This document shows, piece after piece, positions 35,545 to 50,500 of a stretch of 64,000 nt of DNA. Origin of the DNA: Auanema rhodensis (lineage: Eukaryota; Animalia; Nematoda). Position 1 is the stretch's first letter; each line of letters begins with the position of its first letter. The position numbers were made by a program, and so were the translations under genes. The notes under the pieces were generated by a model. The model was given only the letters and a program-made list of their open reading frames with translations. It ran no database searches and was not told the origin of the DNA. The stretch is taken from assembly GCA_964057225.1 (NCBI GenBank), contig OZ059900.1:14322001-14386000 (forward strand), written 5' to 3'.

Positions 35545-38500
35545 CTCCCCGGCCGGGAATTGAACCCGGGTCTCGCATGTGACAGACGCGGATACTCACC
35601 ACTATACTACCGAGGATTGAATTTGCACTTAGAAACTTTCATTAAGAGTGTGAGTTTGAAATATAGTAGAAAAATGAAACACTGTCTCTAACATATCTTG
35701 ATTTATGGCCTACTTTACTCAAAGAGCTAATTGAAGTTTGGTGTTAAAATGAACAATTGATTAAAGCTGACGTTCCGTTTTTTTTCATCGTAATTGAGAT
35801 AGAACATTTAAATTAAATAGAAAAGTTTGAAAATTTAGAAAAAAACACAAGCTCAAATCACTTTTGAAAAAACAGAAAGTTTAAAACAACCTTTTTTCTA
35901 ATAATTATCGTTTTTATCCGACTTTTTGAAGAAAACAAAAATAGCATAACATTCAATAACGATGAATCAGAACAAAAACATTCTCCCCGGCCGGGAATTG
36001 AACCCGGGTCTCGCATGTGACAGACGCGGATACTCACCACTATACTACCGAGGATTGAATTTGCACTTAGAAACTTTCATTGAGAGTGTGAGTTTGAATT
36101 AAAGTAGAAAAATGAAACACTGTCTCTAAGATATCTTGATTTATGGCCTACTTTACTCAAAGAGCTAATTGAAGTTTGGTGTTAGAATGAACAATTGATT
36201 AACGCTGACGTTTCAATTTTTTTCATCGTAGTTGAGATAGAACATTTAAATTAAATGGAAATGTTTAACAATTTAGAAAAAAAACACAAGCTCAAATCAC
36301 TTTTGAAAAAGCAGAAAGTTTAAAATAACCTTTTTTCTAATAATTATCTTTTTAATTCGACTTTTGGAAGAAAACAAAAATAGCATAACATTCAATAACG
36401 ATGAATCAGAACAAAAACATTCTCCCCGGCCGGGAATTCAACCCGGGTCTCGCATGTGACAGACGCGGATACTCACCACTATACTACCGATTATTGAATT
36501 TGCACTTAGAAACTTTCATTAAGAGTGTGAGTTTGAAATATAGTAGAAAAATGAAACACTGTCTCTAACATATATTGATTTATGGCCTACTTTACTCAAA
36601 GAGCTAATTGAAGTTTGGTGTTAAAATGAACAATTGATTAACGCTGACGTTCCGTTTTTTTTCATTGTAATTGAGATAGAATACTTAAATTAAATGGAAA
36701 TGTTTAACAATTTAGAAAAAAAACACAAGCTCAAATCACTTTTGAAAAAACAGAAAGTTTAAAATAACCTTTTTTCTAATAATTATCTTTTTAATTCGAC
36801 TTTTGGAAGAGAACAAAAATAGCATAACATTCAATAACGATGAATCAGAACAAAAACATTCTCCCCGGCCGGGAATTGAACCCGGGTCTCGCATGTGACA
36901 GACGCGGATACTCACCACTATACTACCGAGGATTGAGTTTGCACTTAGAAACTTTCATTAAGAGTGTGAGTTTGAATTATAGTAGAAAAATGAAACACTG
37001 TCTCTAACATATCTTGATTTATGGCCTACTTTACTCAAAGAGCTAATTGAAGTTTGGTGTTAAAATGAACAATTGATTAAAGCTGACGTTCCGTTTTTTT
37101 TCATCGTAATTGAGATAGAACATTTAAATTAAATAGAAATGTTTGAAAATTTAGAAAAAAACACAAGCTCAAATCACTTTTGAAAAAACAGAAAGTTTAA
37201 AACAACCTTTTTTCTAATAATTATCGTTTTTATCCGACTTTTTGAAGAAAACAAAAATAGCATAACATTCAATAACGATGAATCAGAACAAAAACATTCT
37301 CCCCGGCCGGGAATTGAACCCGGGTCTCGCATGTGACAGACGCGGATACTCACCACTATACTACCGAGGATTGAATGTGCACTTAGAAACTTTCATTGAG
37401 AGTGTGAGTTTGAATTAAAGTAGAAAAATGAAACACTGTCTCTAAGATATCTTGATTTATGGCCTACTTTACTCAAAGAGCTAATTGAAGTTTGGTGTTA
37501 GAATGAACAATTGATTAACGCTGACGTTTCAATTTTTTTCATCGTAGTTGAGATAGAACATTTAAATTAAATGGAAATGTTTAACAATTTAGAAAAAAAA
37601 CACAAGCTCAAATCACTTTTGAAAAAGCAGAAAGTTTAAAATAACCTTTTTTCTAATAATTATCTTTTTAATTCGACTTTTGGAAGAAAACAAAAATAGC
37701 ATAACATTCAATAACGATGAATCAGAACAAAAACATTCTCCCCGGCCGGGAATTGAACCCGGGTCTCGCATGTGACAGACGCGGATACTCACCACTATAC
37801 TACCGATTATTGAATTTGCACTTAGAAACTTTCATTAAGAGTGTGAGTTTGAAATATAGTAGAAAAATGAAACACTGTCTCTAACATATATTGATTTATG
37901 GCCTACTTTACTCAAAGAGCTAATTGAAGTTTGGTGTTAAAATGAACAATTGATTAACGCTGACGTTCCGTTTTTTTTCATTGTAATTGAGATAGAATAC
38001 TTAAATTAAATGGAAATGTTTAACAATTTAGAAAAAAAACACAAGCTCAAATCACTTTTGAAAAAACAGAAAGTTTAAAATAACCTTTTTTCTAATAATT
38101 ATCTTTTTAATTCGACTTTTGGAAGAGAACAAAAATAGCATAACATTCAATAACGATGAATCAGAACAAAAACATTCTCCCCGGCCGGGAATTGAACCCG
38201 GGTCTCGCATGTGACAGACGCGGATACTCACCACTATACTACCGAGGATTGAGTTTGCACTTAGAAACTTTCATTAAGAGTGTGAGTTTGAATTATAGTA
38301 GAAAAATGAAACACTGTCTCTAACATATCTTGATTTATGGCCTACTTTACTCAAAGAGCTAATTGAAGTTTGGTGTTAAAATGAACAATTGATTAACGCT
38401 GACGTTCCGTTTTTTTTCATCGTAATTGAGATAGAACATTCAAATTAAATAGAAATGTTTGAAAATTTAGAAAAAAACACAAGCTCAAATCACTTTTGAA

Positions 38501-41500
38501 AAAACAGAAAGTTTAAAACAACCTTTTTTCTAATAATTATCGTTTTTATCCGACTTTTTGAAGAAAACAAAAATAGCATAACATTCAATAACGATGAATC
38601 AGAACAAAAACGTTCTCCCCGGCCGGGAATTGAACCCGGGTCTCGCATGTGACAGACGCGGATACTCACCACTATACTACCGAGGATTGAGTTTGCACTT
38701 AGAAACTTTCATTAAGAGTGTGAGTTTGAATTATAGTAGAAAAATGAAACACTGTCTCTAACATATCTTGATTTATGGCCTACTTTACTCAAAGAGCTAA
38801 TTGAAGTTTGGTGTTAAAATGAACAATTGATTAAAGCTGACGTTCCGTTTTTTTTCATCGTAATTGAGATAGAACATTTAAATTAAATAGAAATGTTTGA
38901 AAATTTAGAAAAAAACACAAGCTCAAATCACTTTTGAAAAAACAGAAAGTTTAAAACAACCTTTTTTCTAATAATTATCGTTTTTATCCGACTTTTTGAA
39001 GAAAACAAAAATAGCATAACATTCAATAACGATGAATCAGAACAAAAACATTCTCCCCGGCCGGGAATTGAACCCGGGTCTCGCATGTGACAGACGCGGA
39101 TACTCACCACTATACTACCGAGGATTGAATTTGCACTTAGAAACTTTCATTGAGAGTGTGAGTTTGAATTAAAGTAGAAAAATGAAACACTGTCTCTAAG
39201 ATATCTTGATTTATGGCCTACTTTACTCAAAGAGCTAATTGAAGTTTGGTGTTAGAATGAACAATTGATTAACGCTGACGTTTCAATTTTTTTCATCGTA
39301 GTTGAGATAGAACATTTAAATTAAATGGAAATGTTTAACAATTTAGAAAAAAAACACAAGCTCAAATCACTTTTGAAAAAGCAGAAAGTTTAAAATAACC
39401 TTTTTTCTAATAATTATCTTTTTAATTCGACTTTTGGAAGAAAACAAAAATAGCATAACATTCAATAACGATGAATCAGAACAAAAACATTCTCCCCGGC
39501 CGGGAATTGAACCCGGGTCTCGCATGTGACAGACGCGGATACTCACCACTATACTACCGAGGATTGAATTTGCACTTAGAAACTTTCATTAAGAGTGTGA
39601 GTTTGAAATATAGTAGAAAAATGAAACACTGTCTCTAACATATATTGATTTATGGCCTACTTTACTCAAAGAGCTAATTGAAGTTTGGTGTTAAAATGAA
39701 CAATTGATTAACGCTGACGTTCCTTTTTTTTCATTGTAATTGAGATAGAATACTTAAATTAAATGGAAATGTTTAACAATTTAGAAAAAAAACACAAGCT
39801 CAAATCACTTTTGAAAAAGCAGAAAGTTTAAAATAACCTTTTTTCTAATAATTATCTTTTTAATTCGACTTTTGGAAGAAAACAAAAATAGCATAACATT
39901 CAATAACGATGAATCAGAACAAAAACATTCTCCCCGGCCGGGAATTGAACCCGGGTCTCGCATGTGACAGACGCGGATACTCACCACTATACTACCGAGG
40001 ATTGAGTTTGCACTTAGAAACTTTCATTAAGAGTGTGAGTTTGAATTATAGTAGAAAAATGAAACACTGTCTCTAACATATCTTGATTTATGGCCTATTT
40101 TACTCAAAGAGCTAATTGAAGTTTGGTGTTAAAATGAACAACTGATTAAAGCTGACGTTCCGTTTTTTTTCATCGTAATTGAGATAGAACATTTAAATTA
40201 AATAGAAATGTTTAAAAATTTAGAAAAAAACACAAGCTCAAATCACTTTTGAAAAAACAGAAAGTTTAAAACAACCTTTTTTCTAATAATTATCGTTTTT
40301 ATCCGACTTTTTGAAGAAAACAAAAATAGCATAACATTCAATAACGATGAATCAGAACAAAAACATTCTCCCCGGCCGGGAATTGAACCCGGGTCTCGCA
40401 TGTGACAGACGCGGATACTCACCACTATACTACCGAGGATTGAATTTGCACTTAGAAACTTTCGTTAAGAGTGTGAGTTTGAATTATAGTAGAAAAATGA
40501 AACACTGTCTCTAACATATCTTGATTCATGGCCTACTTTACTCAAAGAGCTAATTGAAGTTTGGTGTTAAAATGAACAATTGATTAACGCTGAGGTTCCG
40601 TTTTTTTTCATCGTAATTGAGATAGAACATTTAAATTAAATGGAAATGTTTAAAAATTTAGAAAAAAAACACAAGCTCAAATCACTTTTGAAAAAACAGA
40701 AAGTTTAAAACAACCTTTTTTCTAATAATTATCTTTTTTATCCGACTTTTGGAAGAAAACAAAAATAGCATAACATTCAATAACGATGAATCAGAACAAA
40801 AACATTCTCCCCGGCCGGGAATTGAACCCGGGTCTCGCATGTGACAGACGCGGATACTCACCACTATACTACCGAGGATTGAATTTGCACTTAGAAACTT
40901 TCGTTAAGAGTGTGAGTTTGAATTATAGTAGAAAAATGAAACACTGTCTCTAACATATCTTGATTCATGGCCTACTTTACTCAAAGAGCTAATTGAAGTT
41001 TGGTGTTAAAATGAACAATTGATTAACGCTGAGGTTCCGTTTTTTTTCATCGTAATTGAGATAGAACATTTAAATTAAATGGAAATGTTTAAAAATTTAG
41101 AAAAAAAACACAAGCTCAAATCACTTTTGAAAAAACAGAAAGTTTAAAACAACCTTTTTTCTAAAAATTATCTTTTTTATCCGACTTTTGGAAGAAAACA
41201 AAAATAGCATAACATTCAATAACGATGAATCAGAACAAAAACATTCTCCCCGGCCGGGAATTGAACCCGGGTCTCGCATGTGACAGACGCGGATACTCAC
41301 CACTATACTACCGAGGATTGAATTTGCACTTAGAAACTTTCGTTAAGAGTGTGAGTTTGAATTATAGTAGAAAAATGAAACACTGTCTCTAACATATCTT
41401 GATTCATGGCCTACTTTACTCAAAGAGCTAATTGAAGTTTGGTGTTAAAATGAACAATTGATTAACGCTGAGGTTCCGTTTTTTTTCATCGTAATTGAGA

Positions 41501-44500
41501 TAGAACATTTAAATTAAATGGAAATGTTTAAAAATTTAGAAAAAAAACACAAGCTCAAATCACTTTTGAAAAAACAGAAAGTTTAAAACAACCTTTTTTC
41601 TAATAATTATCTTTTTAATTCGACTTTTGGAAGGAAACAAAATAAGCATAACATTCAATAACGATGAATCAGAACAAAAACATTCTCCCCGGCCGGGAAT
41701 TGAACCCGGGTCTCGCATGTGACAGACGCGGATACTCACCACTATACTACCGAGGATTGAATTTGCACTTAGAAACTTTCGTTAAGAGTGTGAGTTTGAA
41801 TTATAGTAGAAAAATGAAACACTGTCTCTAACATATCTTGATTCATGGCCTACTTTACTCAAAGAGCTAATTGAAGTTTGGTGTTAAAATGAACAATTGA
41901 TTAACGCTGAGGTTCCGTTTTTTTTCATCGTAATTGAGATAGAACATTTAAATTAAATGGAAATGTTTAAAAATTTAGAAAAAAAACACAAGCTCAAATC
42001 ACTTTTGAAAAAACAGAAAGTTTAAAACAACCTTTTTTCTAAAAATTATCTTTTTTATCCGACTTTTGGAAGAAAACAAAAATAGCATAACATTCAATAA
42101 CGATGAATCAGAACAAAAACATTCTCCCCGGCCGGGAATTGAACCCGGGTCTCGCATGTGACAGACGCGGATACTCACCACTATACTACCGAGGATTGAA
42201 TTTGCACTTAGAAACTTTCGTTAAGAGTGTGAGTTTGAATTATAGTAGAAAAATGAAACACTGTCTCTAACATATCTTGATTCATGGCCTACTTTACTCA
42301 AAGAGCTAATTGAAGTTTGGTGTTAAAATGAACAATTGATTAACGCTGAGGTTCCGTTTTTTTTCATCGTAATTGAGATAGAACATTTAAATTAAATGGA
42401 AATGTTTAAAAATTTAGAAAAAAAACACAAGCTCAAATCACTTTTGAAAAAACAGAAAGTTTAAAACAACCTTTTTTCTAATAATTATCTTTTTAATTCG
42501 ACTTTTGGAAGGAAACAAAATAAGCATAACATTCAATAACGATGAATCAGAACAAAAACATTCTCCCCGGCCGGGAATTGAACCCGGGTCTCGCATGTGA
42601 CAGACGCGGATACTCACCACTATACTACCGAGGATTGAATTTGCACTTAGAAACTTTCATTAAGAGTGTGAGTTTGAAATATAGTAGAAAAATGAAACAC
42701 TGTCTCTAACATATATTAATTTATGGCCTACTTTACTCAAAGAGCTAATTGAAGTTTGGTGTTAAAATGAACAATTGATTAACGCTGACGTTCCGTTTTT
42801 TTTCATCGTAATTAAGATAGAACATTTAAATTAAATAGAAATGTTTAAAAATTTAGAAAAAAACACAAGCTCAAATCACTTTTGAAAAAACAGAAAGTTT
42901 AAAACAACCTTTTTTCTAATAATTATCTTTTTTATCCGACTTTTGGAAGAAAACAAAAATAGCATAACATTCAATAACGATGAATCAGAACAAAAACATT
43001 CTCCCCGGCCGGGAATTGAACCCGGGTCTCGCATGTGACAGACGCGGATACTCACCACTATACTACCGAGGATTGAATTTGCACTTAGAAACTTTCGTTA
43101 AGAGTGTGAGTTTGAATTATAGTAGAAAAATGAAACACTGTCTCTAACATATCTTGATTCATGGCCTACTTTACTCAAAGAGCTAATTGAAGTTTGGTGT
43201 TAAAATGAACAATTGATTAACGCTGACGTTCCATTTTTTTTATCGTAATTGAGATAGAATACTTAAATTAAATGGAAATGTTTGAAAATTTAGAAAATAT
43301 CACAAACTCAAATCACTTTTGAAAAAACAGAAAGTTTAAAACAACCTTTTTTCTAATAATTATCTCTTTTATCCGACTTTTGGAAAAAAACAAAAATAGC
43401 ATAACATTCAATAACGATGAATCAGAACAAAAACATTCTCCCCGGCCGGGAATTGAACCCGGGTCTCGCATGTGACAGACGCGGATACTCACCACTATAC
43501 TACCGAGGATTGAATTTGCACTTAGAAACTTTCATTAAGAGTGTGAGTTTGAATTATAGTAGAAAAATGAAACACTGTCTCTAACATATCTTGATTCATG
43601 GCCTACTTTACTCAAAGAGCTAATTGAAGTTTGGTGTTAAAATGAACAATTGATTAACGCTGACGTTCCATTTTTTTTCATCGTAATTGAGATAGAATAC
43701 TTAAATTAAATGGAAATGTTTGAAAATTTAGAAAATATCACAAACTCAAATCACTTTTGATAAAATAGAAAGTTTAAAACAACCTTTTTTCTAATAATTA
43801 TCTTTTTTATCCGACTTTTGGAAGAAAACAAAAATAGCATAACATTCAATAACGATGAATCAGAACAAAAACATTCTCCCCGGCCGGGAATTGAACCCGG
43901 GTCTCGCATGTGACAGACGCGGATACTCACCACTATACTACCGAAGAATTAATTTGCACTTAGAAACTTTCATTAAGAGTGTGAGTTTGAAATATAGTAG
44001 AAAAATGAAACACTGTCTCTAACATATCTTGATTTATGGCCTACTTTACTCAAAGAGCTAATTGAAGTTTGTTGTTACAATGAACAATTGATTAACGCTG
44101 ACGTTTCAATTTTTTTCATCGTAATTAAGATAGAACATTTAAATTAAATAGAAATGTTTGAAAATTTAAAAAAAAATCACAAGCTCAAATCACTTTTGAA
44201 AAAGCAGAAAGTTTAAAACAATCTTTTTTCTAATAATTATCGTCTTTATCCGACTTTTTGAAGAAAACAAAAATAGCATAACATTCAATAACGATGAATC
44301 AGAACAAAAACATTCTCCCCGGCCGGGAATTGAACCCGGGTCTCGCATGTGACAGTCGCGGATACTCACGACTAAACTACCGAGGATTGAATTTGCACTT
44401 AGAAACTTTCATTAAGAGTGTGAGTTTGAATTAAAGTAGAAAAGTGAAACACTGTCTCTAACATATCTTGATTTATGGCCTACTTTACTCAAAGAGCTAA

Positions 44501-47500
44501 TTGAAGTTTGGTGTTAGAATGAACAATTGATTAACGCTGACGTTTCAATTTTTTTCATCGTAATTGAGATAGAACATTTAAATTAAATGGAAATGTTTAA
44601 CAATTTAGAAAAAAAACACAAGCTCAAATCACTTTTGAAAAAACAGAAAGTTTAAAACAACCTTTTTTCTAATAATTATCTTTTTTATCCGACTTTTGGA
44701 AAAAAACAAAAATAGCATAACATTCAATAACGATGAATCAGAACAAAAACATTCTCCAAGGCCGGGAATTGAACCCGGGTCTCGCATGTGACAGTCGCGG
44801 ATACTCACGACTATACTACCGAGGATTGAATTTGCACTTAGAAACTTTCATTAAGAGTGTGAGTTTGAATTAAAGTAGAAAAATGAGACACTGTCTCTAA
44901 CATATCTTGATTTATGGCCTACTTTACTCAAAGAGCTAATTGAAGTTTGGTGTTAGAATGAACAATTGATTAATGCTGACGTTTCAATTTTTTTCATCGT
45001 AATTGAGATAGAACATTTAAATTAAATGGAAATGTTTGAAAATTTAAAAAAAAATCACAAGCTCAAATCACTTTTGAAAAAGCAGAAAGTTTAAAATAAC
45101 CTTTTTTCTAATAATTATCTTTTTAATTCGACTTTTGGAAGAAAACAAAATAAGCATAACATTCAATAACGATGAATCAGAACAAAAACATTCTCCTTGG
45201 CCGGGAATTGAACCCGGGTCTCGCATGTGACAGTCGCGGATACTCACGACTATACTACCGAGGATTGAATTTGCACTTAGAAACTTTCATTAAGAGTGTG
45301 AGTTTGAAATATAGTAGAAAAATGAAACACTGTCTCTAACATATATTGATTTATGGCCTACTTTACTCAAAGAGCTAATTGAAGTTTGGTGTTAAAATGA
45401 ACAATTGATTAACGCTGACGTTCCGTTTTTTTTCATCGTAATTAAGATAGAACACTTAAATTAAATGGAAATGTTTAACAATTTAGAAAAAAAACACAAG
45501 CTCAAATCATTTTTGAAAAAACAGAAAGTTTAAAACAACCTTTTCTCTAATAATTATCTTTTTTATCCGACTTTTGGAAAGAAACAAAAATAGCATAACA
45601 TTCAATAACGATGAATCAGAAAAAAAACATTCTCCCCGGCCGGGAATTAAACCCGGGTCTCGCATGTGACAGACGCGGATACTCACCACTATACTACCGA
45701 GGATTGAATTTGCACTTAGAAACTTTCATTAAGAGTGTGAGTTTGAATTATAGTAGAAAAATGAAACACTGTCTCTAACATATCTTGATTTATGGCCTAC
45801 TTTACTCAAAGAGCTAATTGAAGTTTGGTGTTAAAATGAACAATTGATTAACGCTGACGTTCCATTTTTTTTCATCGTAATTGAGATAGAATACTTAAAT
45901 TAAATGGAAATGTTTAAAAATTTAGAAAATATCACAAACTCAAATCACTTTTGAGAAAACAGAAAGTTTAAAACAACCTTTTTTCTAATAATTATCTTTT
46001 TTATCCGACTTTTGGAAGAAAAGAAAAATAGCATAACATTCAATAACGATGAATCAGAACAAAAACATTCTCCAAGGCCGGGAATTGAACCCGGGTCTCG
46101 CATGTGACAGACGCTGATACTCACCACTATACTACCGAGGATAGAATTTGCACTTAGAAACTTTCATTAAGAGTGTGAGTTTGAAATATAGTAGAAAAAT
46201 GGAACACTGTCTCTAACATATATTAATTTATGGCCTACTTTACTCAAAGAGCTAATTGAAGTTTGGTGTTAAAATGAAAAATTGATTAACGCTGACGTTC
46301 CATTTTTTTTATCGTAATTGAGATAGAATACTTAAATTAAATGGAAATGTTTGAAAATTTAGAAAATATCACAAACTCAAATCACTTTTGAAAAAACAGA
46401 AAGTTTTAAACAACCTTTTTTCTAATAATTATCTTTTTTATCCGACTTTTGGAAAAAAACAAAAATAGCACAACATTCAATAACGATGAATCAGAACAAA
46501 AACATTCTCCCCGGCCGGGAATTGAACCCGGGTCTCGCATGTGACAGTCGCGGATACTCACGACTAAACTACCGAGGATTGAATTTTCACTTAGAAACTT
46601 TCATTAAGAGTGTGAGTTTGAAATATAGTAGAAAAATGAAACACTGTCTCTAACATATATTGATTTATGGCCTACTTTACTCAAAGAGCTAATTGAAGTT
46701 TGGTGTTAAAATGAACAATTGATTAACGCTGACGTTCCATTTTTTTTCATCGTTATTGAGATAGAATACTTAAATTAAATGGAAATGTTCAACAATTTAG
46801 AAAAAAAACACAAGCTCAAATCACTTTTGAAAAAGCAGAAAGTTTAAAACATCCTTTTTTCTAATAATTATCTTTTTTATCCGACTTTTGGAAAAAAACA
46901 AAAATAGCATAACATTCAATAACGATGAATCAGAACAAAAACATTCTCCCCGGCCGGGAATTGAACCCGGGTCTCGCATGTGACAGACGCGGATACTCAC
47001 CACTATACTACCGAGGATTGAATTTGCACTTAGAAACTTTCATTGAGAGTGTGAGTTTGAATTAAAGTAGAAAAATGAAACACTGTCTCTAAGATATCTT
47101 GATTTATGGCCTACTTTACTCAAAGAGCTAATTGAAGTTTGGTGTTAGAATGAACAATTGATTAAAGCTGACGTTTCAATTTTTTTCATCGTAATTGAGA
47201 TAGAACATTTAAATTAAATGGAAATGTTTAACAATTTAGAAAAAAAACACAAGCTGAAATCATTTTTGAAAAAACAGAAAGTTTAAAACAACCTTTTTTC
47301 TAATAATTATCTTTTTTATCCGACTTTTGGAAGAAAACAAAAATAGCATAACATTCAATAACGATGAATCAGAACAAAAACATTCTCCCCGGCCGGGAAT
47401 TGAACCCGGGTCTCGCATGTGACAGACGCGGATACTCACCACTATACTACCGAAGATTTAATTTGCACTTAGAATTTTTCATTAAGAGTGTGAGTTTGAA

Positions 47501-50500
47501 ATATAGTAGAAAAATGAAACACTGTCTCTAACATATCTTGATTTATGGCCTACTTTACTCAAAGAGCTAATTGAAGTTTGGTGTTACAATGAACAATTGA
47601 TTAACGCTGACGTTTCAATTTTTTTCATCGTAATTAAGATAGAACATTTAAATTAAATGGAAATGTTTAACAATTTAGAAAAAAAACACAAGCTCAAATC
47701 ACTTTTGAAAAAGCAGAAAGTTTAAAATAACCTTTTTTCTAATAATTATCTTTTTAATTCGACTTTTTGAAGAAAACAAAAATAGCATAACATTCAATAA
47801 CGATGAATCAGAACAAAAACATTCTCCCCGGCCGGGAATTGAACCCGGGTCTCGCATGTGACAGACGCGGATACTCACGACTATACTTCCGAGGATTGAA
47901 TTTGCACTTAGAAACTTTCATTAAGAGTGTGAGTTTGAATTAAAGTAGAAAAATGAAACACTGTCTCTAACATATCTTGATTTATGGCCTACTTTACTCA
48001 AAGAGCTAATTGAAGTTTGGTGTTAGAATGAACAATTGATTAACGCTGACGTTTCAATTTTTTTCATCGTAATTGAGATAGAACATTTAAATTAAATGGA
48101 AATGTTTAACAATTTAGAAAAAAAACACAAGCTCAAATCACTTTTGAAAAAACAGAAAGTTTAAAACAACCTTTTTTTTAATAATTATCTTTTTTATCCG
48201 ACTTTTGGAAAAAAACAAAAATAGCATAACATTCAATAACGATGAATCAGAACAAAAACATTCTCCAAGGCCGGGAATTGAACCCGGGTCTCGCATGTGA
48301 CAGACGCTGATACTCACCACTATACTACCGAGGATAGAATTTGCACTTAGAAACTTTCATTAAGAGTGTGAGTTTGAATTATAGTAGAAAAATGAAACAC
48401 TGTCTCTAACATATCTTGATTTATGGCCTACTTTACTCAAAGAGCTAATTGAAGTTTGGTGTTAGAATGAACAATTGATTAATGCTGACGTTTCAATTTT
48501 TTTCATCGTAATTGAGATAGAACATTTAAATTAAATGGAAATGTTTGAAAATTTAAAAAAAAATCACAAGCTCAAATCACTTTTGAAAAAGCAGAAAGTT
48601 TAAAATAACCTTTTTTCTAATAATTATCGTCTTTATCCGACTTTTTGAAGAAAACAAAAATAGCATAACATTCAATAACGATGAATCAGAACAAAAACAT
48701 TCTCCCCGGCCGGGAATTGAACCCGGGTCTCGCATGTGACAGACGCGGATACTCACGACTATACTTCCGAGGATTGAATTTGCACTTAGAAACTTTCATT
48801 AAGAGTGTGAGTTTGAATTAAAGTAGAAAAATGAAACACTGTCTCTAACATATCTTGATTTATGGCCTACTTTACTCAAAGAGCTAATTGAAGTTTGGTG
48901 TTAGAATGAACAATTGATTAACGCTGACGTTTCAATTTTTTTCATCGTAATTGAGATAGAACATTTAAATTAAATGGAAATGTTTAACAATTTAGAAAAA
49001 AAACACAAGCTCAAATCACTTTTGAAAAAACAGAAAGTTTAAAACAACCTTTTTTTTAATAATTATCTTTTTTATCCGACTTTTGGAAAAAAACAAAAAT
49101 AGCATAACATTCAATAACGATGAATCAGAACAAAAACATTCTCCAAGGCCGGGAATTGAACCCGGGTCTCGCATGTGACAGACGCTGATACTCACCACTA
49201 TACTACCGAGGATAGAATTTGCACTTAGAAACTTTCATTAAGAGTGTGAGTTTGAAATATAGTAGAAAAATGAAACACTGTCTCTAACATATATTAATTT
49301 ATGGCCTACTTTACTCAAAGAGCTAATTGAAGTTTGGTGTTAGAATGAACAATTGATTAATGCTGACGTTTCAATTTTTTTCATCGTAATTGAGATAGAA
49401 CATTTAAATTAAATGGAAATGTTTGAAAATTTAAAAAAAAATCACAAGCTCAAATCACTTTTGAAAAAGCAGAAAGTTTAAAATAACCTTTTTTCTAATA
49501 ATTATCGTTTTTATCCGACTTTTTGAAGAAAACAAAAATAGCATAACATTCAATAACGATGAATCAGAACAAAAACATTCTCCCCGGCCGGGAATTGAAC
49601 CCGGGTCTCGCATGTGACAGTCGCGGATACTCACGACTATACTACCGAGGATTGAATTTGCACTTAGAAACTTTCATTAAGAGTGTGAGTTTGAATTAAA
49701 GTAGAAAAATGAAACACTGTCTCTAAGATATCTTGATTTATGGCCTACTTTACTCAAAGAGCTAATTGAAGTTTGGTGTTAAAATGAACAATTGATTAAC
49801 GCTGACGTTCCATTTTTTTTCATCGTTATTGAGATAGAATACTTAAATTAAATGGAAATGTTCAACAATTTAGAAAAAAAAACACAAGCTCAAATCACTT
49901 TTGAAAAAGCAGAAAGTTTAAAACATCCTTTTTTCTAATAATTATCTTTTTTATCCGACTTTTGGAAAAAAACAAAAATAGCATAACATTCAATAACGAT
50001 GAATCAGAACAAAAACATTCTCCCCGGCCGGGAATTGAACCCGGGTCTCGCATGTGACAGACGCGGATACTCACCACTATACTACCGAGGATTGAATTTG
50101 CACTTAGAAACTTTCATTGAGAGTGTGAGTTTGAATTAAAGTAGAAAAATGAAACACTGTATCTAAGATATCTTGATTTATGGCCTACTTTACTCAAAGA
50201 GCTAATTGAAGTTTGGTGTTAGAATGAACAATTGATTAAAGCTGACGTTTCAATTTTTTTCATCGTAATTGAGATAGAACATTTAAATTAAATGGAAATG
50301 TTTAACAATTTAGAAAAAAAACACAAGCTCAAATCATTTTTGAAAAAACAGAAAGTTTAAAACAACCTTTTTTCTAATAATTATCTTTTTTATCCGACTT
50401 TTGGAAAGAAACAAAAATAGCATAACATTCAATAACGATGAATCAGAACAAAAACATTCTCCCCGGCCGGGAATTGAACCCGGGTCTCGCATGTGACAGA

